A DNA stretch of 64,000 nucleotides, taken from assembly GCA_963774935.1 (NCBI GenBank), contig CAVZGO010000007.1:407861-471860 (forward strand), given 5' to 3'. The stretch is from an uncultured Chloroflexia bacterium (GTDB lineage: Bacteria > Chloroflexota > Anaerolineae > Anaerolineales > UBA4823). Positions 42,548 to 52,071 of the stretch are shown here, piece by piece. The notes beneath the pieces are model-generated. The model saw only the letters and a list, made by a program, of their open reading frames with translations. It did not search any database and was not told the DNA's origin. The translations under genes and the position numbers were made by a program. The first letter of the stretch is position 1. The number at the start of each line of letters is the position of its first letter.

Positions 42548-44989
42548 ATGAATCTTGCAGCATATCGCAAACGCTCCACCAGGACAAAGTCGACTCGCCT
42601 GGATCGTCCATTAATATACCGGCTGGCAACGCTGTTCGTGATGCTTTCACTGGTTTTGACCGGTGTTCAAAGCACTGCAGCTCAAGAGCCAGAATCTGGA
42701 ACAGCATTCTGGAATATATACACTGCTGATGATCCCCCCTTATTCTCGAATATGACCAACCGAAGCTTACGCTTCGATGCGGCTGGCAATCCGCGCATCG
42801 CTTATGGTGGTGATCATCTCTATTATGCCTGGTACGACAGCGGCGCCGCAGCCTGGCGTCGTGTCGTAGTGGATCACGATACCCAGGTCGGGCAGTATGC
42901 TTCGCTGGCATTGGATGCTGCTGGCAACCCATACATCAGCTACTATGATGCCTATAACCGGCGCTTAAAATTCGCCTTCACCCTGGGCAGTCCTAATAAT
43001 CCCTGGAACATCCAGGTGGTAGATACGCCCAGCGTGATGGCAGCCAGCACGGTTAAGATTGATCCAGAAACTCAGATTTTCCAAAATTTTGAGCAGCAAA
43101 TGCTGCTGGCAGCCAGCGGGCGTGACCCAGCGTTCCAAGCTACGCCCGATGCGCCCCAGGCTCCTACATTAACTATAGGCGTGGGTGCATACAACTCCAT
43201 TGCGATCGACCAGCGCGGGTATGTCCACATCAGCTATTACGATGCCGATGAACAGGCACTCAAATACGCGATGTGGGATGGCTCCAACCCCTGGGTTATC
43301 CGTACCCCAGACGGTCCTCCACCCGATGACCCCGAATACAATGTCGGCAGGTACTCATCCATTGCAGTAGATACCAATAATCGGGCTCATATCACCTATA
43401 TGGATGAGAAATATGATGGATTACGCTACACTGTAGACCCGGGCGCAGGCGATTATTGGAACCATACCGACATTGAACGCTACAACTCCTGGGATAAGAT
43501 TCACTTCGGTCCATATAATTCACTGGCGCTTGACAGCTCAAACCGCCCGCACGTCAGTTATATGCCCTGGGTTGTGACCGAAGGCTCTGTCTACAATACC
43601 GCGCTGCGTTATGCAGTCCGAGAAAACGATGGTACCTGGACGAAATCTGACGTTGATTCCAGCACCCTGACCGGGTGGTATTCATCGATCAGCGTGAACA
43701 GCAGCGGTAAGATCATGATCAGCTACTTTGACAGCAACACAGCGGGATTGCGTTATGCATTCTCGACAAAGAAGGATAAGTGGACGGTGAACGCACTGCA
43801 AGATGAGGGTTATACCGGCCTATATACCTCTATTGCTGTCGACCCGAACGGCTACCCCGGCATTTCCTATATGAACGGCGGAAATGGGCAGCTCCAGTTC
43901 ATGCGTGAAAGCAGCGCTGGCTGGTCGATGACCGTGGTGGATACCTCGGCGGATGTGGGCATCGTCTCATCCTTGGGGCTCCACACCAGCACACCCTGGA
44001 TATCGTATTTCAACGATACCGGCGACCAGTTAAAGCTGGCGATTGGTCAATCCAGTATCTGGCAGCGCTACCTGCTTTACGAAGGAACCAGCTTTAGCTC
44101 CATGAAATTGAACAGCACCGGAGCCCCTCGAATCGCCTTATACAACACCTTTAACGGCGACCTGCAGTTTGCTTATCTAAATAATGGCATCTGGTATAAC
44201 CAGGTGGTGGATAGCGAAGGCGATGTGGGACAATACCCTTCGCTGGCATTAGACGATTATGGACTGCCTCATATCAGCTACTATGATGCCACGAACCAGC
44301 GCCTGAAGTATGCTTATTCCAACGGATCGACCTGGACGATTCAGGTGGTGGATAATACTGCCAATGTCGGTAAGTATAGCTCCCTGGCGCTCAGCGATGG
44401 ACCCTGGCAGTGTTTTTACTCGACCAGTGGAAATTGCCCGTTTATCGCCTACTTTGACGACACAAATGATGACCTGAGATTTGCTTTCAAGTCAGCCCTC
44501 AGCGCCTGGATTCCGATGACCGTCGATAGTGCTGGCGATGTTGGACGCTATGCATCCATGGCGCTTGGACCCACAGGTAACATGCACATCAGCTACTACG
44601 ATAACACCAATGATGACCTGAAGTACGCAGTCGGAAATCAAGGAGCTACCAGCTGGGATTGGTCCACCCCGAAAACGGTGGTCGACAGCTCCGGAGATGT
44701 CGGGCAAAGCACTTCGCTGGCAGCCGATCAATTCAACAAGATTCATGTATCCTATTACGATGCTACCAATGGCGACTTGAAATACGCCTTGCAGACCGGC
44801 GGCATCTGGACGACCGAAATCGTTGACAGCATCGGGAATGTCGGTTCCGGGTCTTCTCTGGCGCTCAATCCAAGTGGGCTGCCCGGCATCAGCTATTATG
44901 ACGCCACCAATGGCGACCTCAAATTCGCCGCTACATTTACCCTACCCACCACGGTTTACCGGGTGTACCTCCCATTTGCTCGTCGTTAG
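42548..44989 (+). CDS. Secreted 813-aa protein built from ~14 tandem ~45-55-aa repeats (propeller-like)
   Basis: The signal/TM region is LATLFVMLSLVLTGVQSTAAQ. A repeated core appears 14 times, e.g. VGQYASLALDAAGNPYISYYDAYNRRLKFAF, VGAYNSIAIDQRGYVHISYYDADEQALKYAM, DVGQYPSLALDDYGLPHISYYDATNQRLKYAY and NVGSGSSLALNPSGLPGISYYDATNGDLKFAA. Confidence 0.75.
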   Translation: MNLAAYRKRSTRTKSTRLDRPLIYRLATLFVMLSLVLTGVQSTAAQEPESGTAFWNIYTADDPPLFSNMTNRSLRFDAAGNPRIAYGGDHLYYAWYDSGAAAWRRVVVDHDTQVGQYASLALDAAGNPYISYYDAYNRRLKFAFTLGSPNNPWNIQVVDTPSVMAASTVKIDPETQIFQNFEQQMLLAASGRDPAFQATPDAPQAPTLTIGVGAYNSIAIDQRGYVHISYYDADEQALKYAMWDGSNPWVIRTPDGPPPDDPEYNVGRYSSIAVDTNNRAHITYMDEKYDGLRYTVDPGAGDYWNHTDIERYNSWDKIHFGPYNSLALDSSNRPHVSYMPWVVTEGSVYNTALRYAVRENDGTWTKSDVDSSTLTGWYSSISVNSSGKIMISYFDSNTAGLRYAFSTKKDKWTVNALQDEGYTGLYTSIAVDPNGYPGISYMNGGNGQLQFMRESSAGWSMTVVDTSADVGIVSSLGLHTSTPWISYFNDTGDQLKLAIGQSSIWQRYLLYEGTSFSSMKLNSTGAPRIALYNTFNGDLQFAYLNNGIWYNQVVDSEGDVGQYPSLALDDYGLPHISYYDATNQRLKYAYSNGSTWTIQVVDNTANVGKYSSLALSDGPWQCFYSTSGNCPFIAYFDDTNDDLRFAFKSALSAWIPMTVDSAGDVGRYASMALGPTGNMHISYYDNTNDDLKYAVGNQGATSWDWSTPKTVVDSSGDVGQSTSLAADQFNKIHVSYYDATNGDLKYALQTGGIWTTEIVDSIGNVGSGSSLALNPSGLPGISYYDATNGDLKFAATFTLPTTVYRVYLPFARR

Positions 44990-45014
44990 CCACGACCACG
45001 AGAAGGAGTCATTG

Positions 45015-45503
45015 ATGCTTCAAGAAGAAAATAACAGCACTTTAGAGATTCAGGACAATGTCGTGGTCACACTTGACTACATCCTGACTGTGGATGGCGA
45101 GATCGTTGATAAGTCAGACGATACCGGCCCAATCCAATTCCTGCAGGGGTTTGGACAAATCATCCCTGGCTTAGAAAATGCTTTGTATGGCATGGTGGTA
45201 GGCGAGAGCAAGCGGGTGCTCGTTTCCCCGGATGACGGGTATGGCGTTGAGGATGAAGATGCCTATGCAGAGATTCCACGCAGCGAGTTTCCGCCCGAAA
45301 TACCTTTAGAAGTGGGTGTGGAGCTGCAGCTGAAAGACCAGGATGGAGATGTCTTCGATGCCTATATCGAAGAATTACGGGAAGACACCGTGCTGCTCAA
45401 CTTTAATCACCGGCTGGCTGGCAAAGAATTAGAATTCTCGGTCAAAGTCGTCGATCTTCGATCTGCAACGGAAGAAGAACTCGATCACGGTCACGTACAC
45501 TAA
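45015..45503 (+). CDS. slyD: FKBP-type peptidyl-prolyl cis-trans isomerase, SlyD-like
   Basis: The ATG at 45015 follows the SD gaaggag. The sequence VVVTLDYILTVDGEIVDKSD...IQFLQGFGQIIPGLENALYGMVVGESKRVLVSPDDGYG has an IF-domain insert and a His-containing tail (HGHVH). The track start at 44823 overlaps the upstream gene. Confidence 0.85.
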   Translation: MLQEENNSTLEIQDNVVVTLDYILTVDGEIVDKSDDTGPIQFLQGFGQIIPGLENALYGMVVGESKRVLVSPDDGYGVEDEDAYAEIPRSEFPPEIPLEVGVELQLKDQDGDVFDAYIEELREDTVLLNFNHRLAGKELEFSVKVVDLRSATEEELDHGHVH

Positions 45504-45518
45504 GACCTCTTAATATCT

Positions 45519-45571
45519 AAGGGACTGGCTTGCCTATGATGATGGTAGGATTGCCAGTCCCTTATGTTTTT
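45519..45571. terminator. Hairpin terminator between the convergent slyD and luxR-type genes
   Basis: An 11-bp perfect stem aagggactggc / gccagtccctt with a 23-nt loop is followed by atgttttt. Confidence 0.55.
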
Positions 45572-45605
45572 AATGCATCGTGGTAGGCGAATGACCGGCT
45601 GCCGC

Positions 45606-46286
45606 CTATAATGACACAAGCCCTTTCTGCAGTCCCAGACGCACAGCTTCCGTACGATTGGCTACTCCGAGTTTGCTGAAAATAGACGAAACATGGAACT
45701 TAACCGTATGCTCACTGATCCCCAGCAGCACAGAAATTTGCTTATTCGCAAGACCCTCAGCCAATCGCTGCAGCACCTGGAGCTCACGGTCAGTTAAATC
45801 TTCCAGTTTACCCTCCGGGGAGATCGAATGGGTTAGCGTGTTCACCGAATACATCTGACTGATGGCTTGACCCATCAGTCCCGGATCGCCCACCAGCAGC
45901 CCCTCAGCGAGAGCCCTTATTGCCGCGATTAATTCCTCCGCACTGGCCTCCAGGGGTAGAATGCCCCAGGCACGCAGGTTGGTGTTTAAAAACGCCGGCA
46001 CAACTGGCGCCTGATCTGCCAGCATGAGCACAGCAAGGTTATTTATATCATATGAACCTGGATGCCTTAGCTCATCCAGTGCTCGTTCGCCAGCCAGCAC
46101 CAGGACATCGGGTGTGAAATCCAGCCGGGTCGCCTCCAGCAGGTTTCTTGCCTCCGATACATCCAGGTCGAGCGCATCCTGTGAAGCCATCCGCACAGAG
46201 CCATCCGAAGAGATCGACAACATCACTCTCAACCCGGTTCTCACAGCCTGAGCCGGCGATACAATCAGCACGTGGATCAATACCAA
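45606..46286 (-). CDS. LuxR/NarL-family regulator with a degenerate (pseudo-)receiver domain
   Basis: The C-terminal HTH is LTDRELQVLQRLAEGLANKQISVLLGISEHTVKFHVSSIFSKLGVANRTEA. The N-terminal REC-like fold lacks the acidic pocket (VLIVSPAQ instead of DD) and the acceptor Asp (PDVLVLAGE). Confidence 0.8.
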   Translation of the reverse strand: MVLIHVLIVSPAQAVRTGLRVMLSISSDGSVRMASQDALDLDVSEARNLLEATRLDFTPDVLVLAGERALDELRHPGSYDINNLAVLMLADQAPVVPAFLNTNLRAWGILPLEASAEELIAAIRALAEGLLVGDPGLMGQAISQMYSVNTLTHSISPEGKLEDLTDRELQVLQRLAEGLANKQISVLLGISEHTVKFHVSSIFSKLGVANRTEAVRLGLQKGLVSL

Positions 46287-46436
46287 GCCTCCGATTTCAT
46301 GAGCTTTTATTCAAGGTTACGCTTTGGTCACCATGATGCTCGAGGATTTGAATCTGCTCCACAAGATTACGCACCTGCATCTCCACCATCAAAATCAGCC
46401 GTTGCTGAATTTTCTATGAGCACCACTCCATTAATA

Positions 46437-47485
46437 TTATACATCGCCGGCGCCGGTGTTAAAAGTTGCTGTGGGCGTCGGCGTTGGTGAGGGGGGACAC
46501 GATTCCACTATAACCCTCTTATCGTCACTATCCCCGCAATCAGAAAATTTGTTACAGGGAAAACTGGTGCAATACGGGCTGCCGGTACAAGCATGACCGC
46601 CGTTATCCCATGCGTTCGCCCCCACGTAATAACTGCCGGTTTCATCCCAGCTTAGAACTTGCTGATAAGGGCTATAAATTTGGACCGATGTCCACACGGG
46701 CGTCGGTATCGCCGGGGTCCACCACATCTCTACCTTGTTGATTATCCCATCGTCACGACAATTTGCCGTATAAGTACCAGTTTGGTTTTGGCACAATGAC
46801 GTGAGCCCGCTAATTTCACAAGTTGGCGGATCATTGGGTACCGGTGTTAAAGTTGGCATGGGGGTCAATGTCGGCGCTGGGGCTGATGAACACCGGCAAC
46901 AACTTTTGTTGGGTCGTCTGGGGTACAAATTTTCCCATCATTCCCCCCGGTACCCTCACACCCAGCCGCCCCGCTATTATCGCAATTTGGATGATTGCCG
47001 CAAGCGCACTTGGTCCCGTTGACAGTACCAGAACAGCTATCGGCACAAGCGCCCCCGCCAACCCCACCCGGTGTTGGGGTTGGTCCCACCCCAGAATACC
47101 AACTACATGAATCCTTAAACGCACACTGACCAGAACAAGCGCTGTTATGGGAAGCCGTACAAGTAGATTGGGTAGTGAAATCCGGGCAAGATTCACTATG
47201 CGTCGCCGGGGAACCAGCTACACATTGCGGGCCGCAAACACATGCTGCCCCGCCACAATCGAAAGAACTACTACAATCCTGATTTGTATTATTAGAGTAC
47301 CTACAGTCATCCACATAAGTGCCGCACTCAATTACCCCTGAACAACTTTGGGCTGATACTGGAGGAGCTATCCAGTTTTTAATGTCGCGCCACAGGCTTT
47401 GGGCCGGGTTGGCCGCCTTGTCGCTTTCAACATTGATAGGCTGCTGGGTGGCTTGTTCCATTTCGTTTTTAATGGCATACATCAA
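46437..47485 (-). CDS. Cys-rich, PT-linker protein of unknown function; two frames joined by an apparent 1-nt deletion at the G-run 46879-82
   Basis: Frame A (47485->~46880) reads ...CSGVIECGTYVDDCRYSNNTNQDCSSSFDCGGAACVCGPQCV...CACGNHPNCDNSGAAGCEG... Frame B reads ...APAPTLTPMPTLTPVPNDPPTCEISGLTSLCQNQTGTYTANCRDDG...CTGSPYCTSFPCNKFSDCGD... Adding one C gives ...VVAGVHQPPAPTLTPMPT... Confidence 0.6.
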
Positions 47486-48060
47486 CTCACGGTTGGGACT
47501 AAGTTTGTTGCCGCAAACAGAGTCCGCAGCATCCGGTAAGATAACTCTAAAGCCACCTGGTCAGAATCAGATTTTGCCCAATCCTCTTTTAGAAAGATGG
47601 TATACACGGCCTCGTTGCCTACCAAGGCGCTTTGCATGCCAGCGATGGTTTCGCCCCCGGCTCTGGTCCGCTCGTACAAAGTGTTTTCCCGGGTAGTTGC
47701 CTCTATGGGGTTAATGGACTCAAACACAAAAGCCACCGCCTCGGGGTACACAGGTGTCAACCGGCCATTTTGGAGTACCACAAAGGATTTATCTGGTGGG
47801 TAATTGATCTGCTCCATCTTTTGCTTAATCCACTCAGTTCCCTCAGGACTCAAAGTAGCCGTAATGCCCGGGATGTTCGATGCCACCCGGAACTTAATTG
47901 CCCTTTCGGCCAAGGGGGTAAGCATCGGAGTTGGTGATGCCGCATTCTGCCTTGGCAGCTGTATTTGCCTATACCGTTGATAGCCTAACCCCGCCAGTAA
48001 CCCCAAGCCAAACAAACACCCCAACAAAACCATCACCCATACTATCCGCTTCTTTTCCAT
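47482..48060 (-). CDS. Membrane-anchored hypothetical protein (192 aa)
   Basis: The N-terminal TM helix is IVWVMVLLGCLFGLGLLAGLGY. The stop overlaps the start of the Cys-rich gene (ATGA). Confidence 0.6.
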   Translation of the reverse strand: MEKKRIVWVMVLLGCLFGLGLLAGLGYQRYRQIQLPRQNAASPTPMLTPLAERAIKFRVASNIPGITATLSPEGTEWIKQKMEQINYPPDKSFVVLQNGRLTPVYPEAVAFVFESINPIEATTRENTLYERTRAGGETIAGMQSALVGNEAVYTIFLKEDWAKSDSDQVALELSYRMLRTLFAATNLVPTVS

Positions 48061-48125
48061 ACCCTCTTAGTATGGCAAAAAATCCGCCCCCGTGCAATCC
48101 TTATGTAGAAATTTCGCTTTCCAGC

Positions 48126-49685
48126 CTACTTCACCGCCCGCCACTTAATCGGATAATTAACCAAACCAGACTGAAACTCATATTTCTCTGATGCAAGTGG
48201 CCGATTACTGCTTCTATCCATAACCAGCCGCCCACTCACTTGACTATCATCCGTGGGAAATGACGGAAAATTTAGGCCCTCAATTATCATCCATCCAGCC
48301 AGGTTAATCCCTCCACCATCATGACCATTTCGCATCCATTGGCTTGCCCAAGAATCATTTAGTTCACTAATAATTATTAAGCTCTCAGTTTGCGGATCGT
48401 AAACCATGCCAAAGCCGCGGCTTTCCTCCGGACTTGACGCGAAAGGCATAACAAGCGGCAGTTGCGGCATACCTGGTCGAAGTACTTGCGCTAGGTTGAA
48501 AAATTTCAATTGTCTGACGCGGAAGTTAGAGTAGGGCCCCAGCTGGCCGTCAGCAATGTCATTGGCCTTAAAGCTCAGAATCGTTTGATTGGGGTCACTG
48601 GATACTTCCCTAATAATGGAGTCAAAATAACTTATAATGGCACTCGGATTATCTACTACTCCCCTCAACTCACGCTTGGCGGGATCACCCCTTTCTAATA
48701 TTGACCGGCTGACAAATATTCCATCCAAATCTACGGTGGCTGCATTGGGTAAGTCTAAGAAAAATAAATCCGCCCGAGGCTCACCGGTATTCGGTTCATA
48801 CAATTGCCAATCAAGCCACGTCCGGCCGGTATCTACCAACCCGCCGTTTTCTAGGCGATAAACCTTGAATCCAATTTGGGCCTCACCCTTGTAGGCCGCC
48901 ACGGGGTGATTGCGGTCCACTACCGCGGTTAAGACGCCGTCCTGGGCATACACCACGCCCTGAGGCATTTCCAACCGCTGATTTGCGCTAATTGGCTGAT
49001 CCAGGGTGTCTTTAAGTGGCACAAACGACCGCCCGTCCCAATTGATTAGCTGCCCCTCCTTAATCTGCACCGGTTCAATCCAGGTGTGGTTTTCCCCGTC
49101 CCACACTACCAACGCTCCAGCTGGTGTCAAAGTAGTCTGATCTTTCAAGTAAATTTGGTTTAAAAGCGTCGTCGCCTCGCCCGTAGTTGGGTTTATTAGC
49201 GCTGTCGCGCCGCCGTTATACTCGGCTAACAGGCCTAACTCAGTTACATGCAGCTCCTGGGCTTTAACATTCTCCGGCTTACTGTTGATCTCGACCGTCA
49301 CCTGCCGGTAACGCCCGGCCTCCTGGTCCCAACGCCGCAGGTTGCCGCCGCTAGATTCAAATGCCTCAACTGGCTGGTTGTTAGCCGTATCCCAACCAAC
49401 TAACTGGCCATCCATCAGATACAAACCAGCGCCAGTTCTTGGGACTGGCTCATACGCTTCCTTTTCCTTGTTCCAATGGGCTAAAGTGCCGTCGTCCTGG
49501 ACTACAAACGCCTCTGGCGGAGTGGTGGGCTCAGGAGTGAACGTGGATAATGACGTCATCGTTGGAATAGCGCTGGGTTGAGCAGTAGCAGATGGCGCAG
49601 TAGTTTGCGTTGATTTTACAGTTGGTGTAGTACAAGCGCCGAGGAAAAAAGTCACTACAATAATCAGCATGAACCATTTTTTCAT
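48126..49685 (-). CDS. Lipoprotein of unknown function (~519 aa)
   Basis: MKKWFMLIIVVTFFLGAC has a lipobox (LGAC), followed by a PT-rich linker and a large beta-rich domain. The track start at 49703 (MNGDLF-) is less likely. Confidence 0.65.
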   Translation of the reverse strand: MKKWFMLIIVVTFFLGACTTPTVKSTQTTAPSATAQPSAIPTMTSLSTFTPEPTTPPEAFVVQDDGTLAHWNKEKEAYEPVPRTGAGLYLMDGQLVGWDTANNQPVEAFESSGGNLRRWDQEAGRYRQVTVEINSKPENVKAQELHVTELGLLAEYNGGATALINPTTGEATTLLNQIYLKDQTTLTPAGALVVWDGENHTWIEPVQIKEGQLINWDGRSFVPLKDTLDQPISANQRLEMPQGVVYAQDGVLTAVVDRNHPVAAYKGEAQIGFKVYRLENGGLVDTGRTWLDWQLYEPNTGEPRADLFFLDLPNAATVDLDGIFVSRSILERGDPAKRELRGVVDNPSAIISYFDSIIREVSSDPNQTILSFKANDIADGQLGPYSNFRVRQLKFFNLAQVLRPGMPQLPLVMPFASSPEESRGFGMVYDPQTESLIIISELNDSWASQWMRNGHDGGGINLAGWMIIEGLNFPSFPTDDSQVSGRLVMDRSSNRPLASEKYEFQSGLVNYPIKWRAVK

Positions 49686-50105
49686 AAATAGATCCCCATT
49701 CATTGGCTTTTCTTGGCTGAATTATGCCTTAAATCTCTGACAGAAAAGGAGGCTATCGATACACATTATAAATGCACATAGACGCAGTTTTGATATGCGT
49801 TCGTAAGTTGACTTCCCCAATTGGATGTGAGAGCATGATGGCATGCTGATGCGATTCCGGAATAGCAGGATTATGCTAAACCGTAAATACACAATAGTGC
49901 CAAGCCAATTAATTTAACCTTGGAGGTAATTTTTAAAATCTCGGAGATGCTATGCGCCAGATCGTATTTACAAATGACAGATGAAGTGCTGATGCAGTCA
50001 ACAGCTCCAGTTGTGCAGGGAATCCTGCTCGCCCAGGCTGATCCTTACTCGGTCACCTGAGATACTTTTTACAAGGCTGAAACTCCGACTATCATTCCAT
50101 GTTTT

Positions 50106-51014
50106 TCATCTATGCTCCCCTATTATAACTTCGACGAATTGCACCTGACCGCCTCGCAGCACCTGGACTGGTGTTGCCGTTCCAACCAGACCGCCTACCA
50201 GCATGATTGCCAGGTCATCAGGGTCGCTTACCGGCTGCCCACCCAGGCTGACCAGGATATCTCCCACCAGCAGACCGCCCTTATCTGCTGGGCTGTTCTC
50301 TTCTACCCCAACCAACAGGAGACCGCTCGCCTGTGCTCGTCCCAAAGCCTGACGTTGGGCAGCCTGTAACGCCACGGTCTGGCTGCGTACACCCAGGAAT
50401 CCCCGTTTAACACGCCCATCCTTGTCCAACACGTTCGCAATCGACCATGCCAGACCTGCCGGGATTGTCAGCGAGCCACCCTGCCACAAGCCGGAAGTAT
50501 TAATGCCCAATATTTCACCGCTGGCATCCACCAATGGCCCGCCTGAGAAACCCGGGTAAGGAATCGTGTCGGTGCGCAGGTAACGCTCGAGCATGCCACC
50601 GCGACCGGTGCGCACCGGACCGCCCAGCGCACTCACCACTCCCAGGCTTGCTTGAATACCCTCCGGGCTGGGCCGTCCTAAAGCGAGTACAAGCTGTCCG
50701 ACTCGAGCTTCGTCCTTGGATTGGACAGCCGAGGTTAATTTAACGTCTTGAAGGCGCAGCAGCGCCAGGTCGCTGCCAGGATCACGTCCTGCCAGGGAAG
50801 CGGTTTTCTCGCTGCCGTCCGGCAGCATAATGTGAATTTCTTCATCACGCTCAACAACATGGTCGGCAGTTAATACCAGCTCGGATGATATGGCAATTCC
50901 ACTGGCTGGGTGACGCCGGCGCGCATCCACTAATACTGTGGCAGCGCCAGCTCGGGCAACCGCTTCAGCCATCGCATCGGAAAAGGCTACCAGGGGGTTA
51001 TCATATTGTGACAT
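50106..51014 (-). CDS. S1C-family trypsin-like serine protease with one PDZ domain (HtrA/DegP-like)
   Basis: The catalytic regions are LVLTADHVV (His), ...SDLALLRL (Asp) and PGFSGGPLVDASGEILGINTS (Ser). The PDZ part is GLLLVGVEENSPADKGGLLVGDILVSLGGQPV. Confidence 0.85.
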   Translation of the reverse strand: MSQYDNPLVAFSDAMAEAVARAGAATVLVDARRRHPASGIAISSELVLTADHVVERDEEIHIMLPDGSEKTASLAGRDPGSDLALLRLQDVKLTSAVQSKDEARVGQLVLALGRPSPEGIQASLGVVSALGGPVRTGRGGMLERYLRTDTIPYPGFSGGPLVDASGEILGINTSGLWQGGSLTIPAGLAWSIANVLDKDGRVKRGFLGVRSQTVALQAAQRQALGRAQASGLLLVGVEENSPADKGGLLVGDILVSLGGQPVSDPDDLAIMLVGGLVGTATPVQVLRGGQVQFVEVIIGEHR

Positions 51015-51170
51015 CGGATATTTTCCTTTCGCAATACCAATAGGGTTATAGTTACTTCCTTGCTATCATAGCAAATGCATGGGTATGAATGCATCACCTA
51101 AAAGACTGGTTTTCTCCTGGAAATTCGTCGAGCAACCTGTATTTGTTCCGGAGTATACTTAAGCCTGCTT

Positions 51171-51959
51171 ATGCCTCACAATTTACAAGCTTACCTTGAT
51201 TTCACTATTGAAACTGTATTCCTGGCTGGAAAGCTCACCTTAGGATATTTTCAGCGAGATATTACACCGGATTACAAGAAGGATTCCTCCCCGGTGACCA
51301 TCGCCGACCGGCTGGCTGAAGAGCTGATCCGCAGCCGGATCGAGAAGAATTATCCTCAGCACGCGATCATCGGTGAAGAACAAGGCGTCAAAGAAAGCGA
51401 AGGTTCCTCTCATCGCTGGATTATTGATCCAATCGATGGCACGAAGTCTTTTATGCGCGGCGTACCGCTCTATGGCGTCCTTGTAGGTCTGGAGATCGAT
51501 GGTCAGGTGCAGGTTGGAGCCGCTTACTTTCCAGCGATGGGGGAGATGATATCTGCCGCGACTGGTTTAGGCTGCTACTGGAACGGGCGCCCGGCAAGAG
51601 TATCATCTATTTCGCAACTCAGACAGGCTTTTGTCTCTTGTACGGATCCTGGCAGCTTTTACAAATATGGTCGCCATAAAGTTTTTAAACGCCTGGCGTT
51701 AGCGAGCTATTTCCGTGCCGGATGGGGAGACGCTTACGGATATCTGCTGGTCGCCACTGGCCGGGCAGAGGTGATGCTCGACCCGGTGATGCACATCTGG
51801 GACTGCGGCCCATTTCCCCCAATCTTTCGCGAAGCTGGCGGCTACTTTGGAGATTGGCAGGGCAACGAAACCATTTATGCTGGCGAGGCGATGGCTACCA
51901 ATGGTGTGCTGCTGCCGCAAGTGCTAGCCATTATGCAAAACAAACAAGAATCCATCTGA
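51171..51959 (+). CDS. Inositol monophosphatase-family protein, histidinol-phosphatase (HisN)-like
   Basis: The motifs are PVTIADRLAEELI, IIGEEQG and WIIDPIDGTKSFMRGVPLYGVLVGLE. Confidence 0.75.
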   Translation: MPHNLQAYLDFTIETVFLAGKLTLGYFQRDITPDYKKDSSPVTIADRLAEELIRSRIEKNYPQHAIIGEEQGVKESEGSSHRWIIDPIDGTKSFMRGVPLYGVLVGLEIDGQVQVGAAYFPAMGEMISAATGLGCYWNGRPARVSSISQLRQAFVSCTDPGSFYKYGRHKVFKRLALASYFRAGWGDAYGYLLVATGRAEVMLDPVMHIWDCGPFPPIFREAGGYFGDWQGNETIYAGEAMATNGVLLPQVLAIMQNKQESI

Positions 51960-51977
51960 TCGAAGTTTAAATTAGAG

Positions 51978-52025
51978 TTTCTGAAACGCTTCTGGAAACG
52001 GCTGCTGAAACACCTCTGAAACGCC
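51978..52025. repeat. Four tandem imperfect 12-nt repeats with core CTGAAAC
   Basis: The copies are tttCTGAAACgc / ttCTGgAAACgg / ctgCTGAAACac / ctCTGAAACgcc. They lie in the intergenic region ~50 nt upstream of the 52072 ORF. Confidence 0.8.
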
Positions 52026-52071
52026 TGCCCGATAAACTACAGGCAGGATTAAGAACAAGAGGAGAGCAGCC

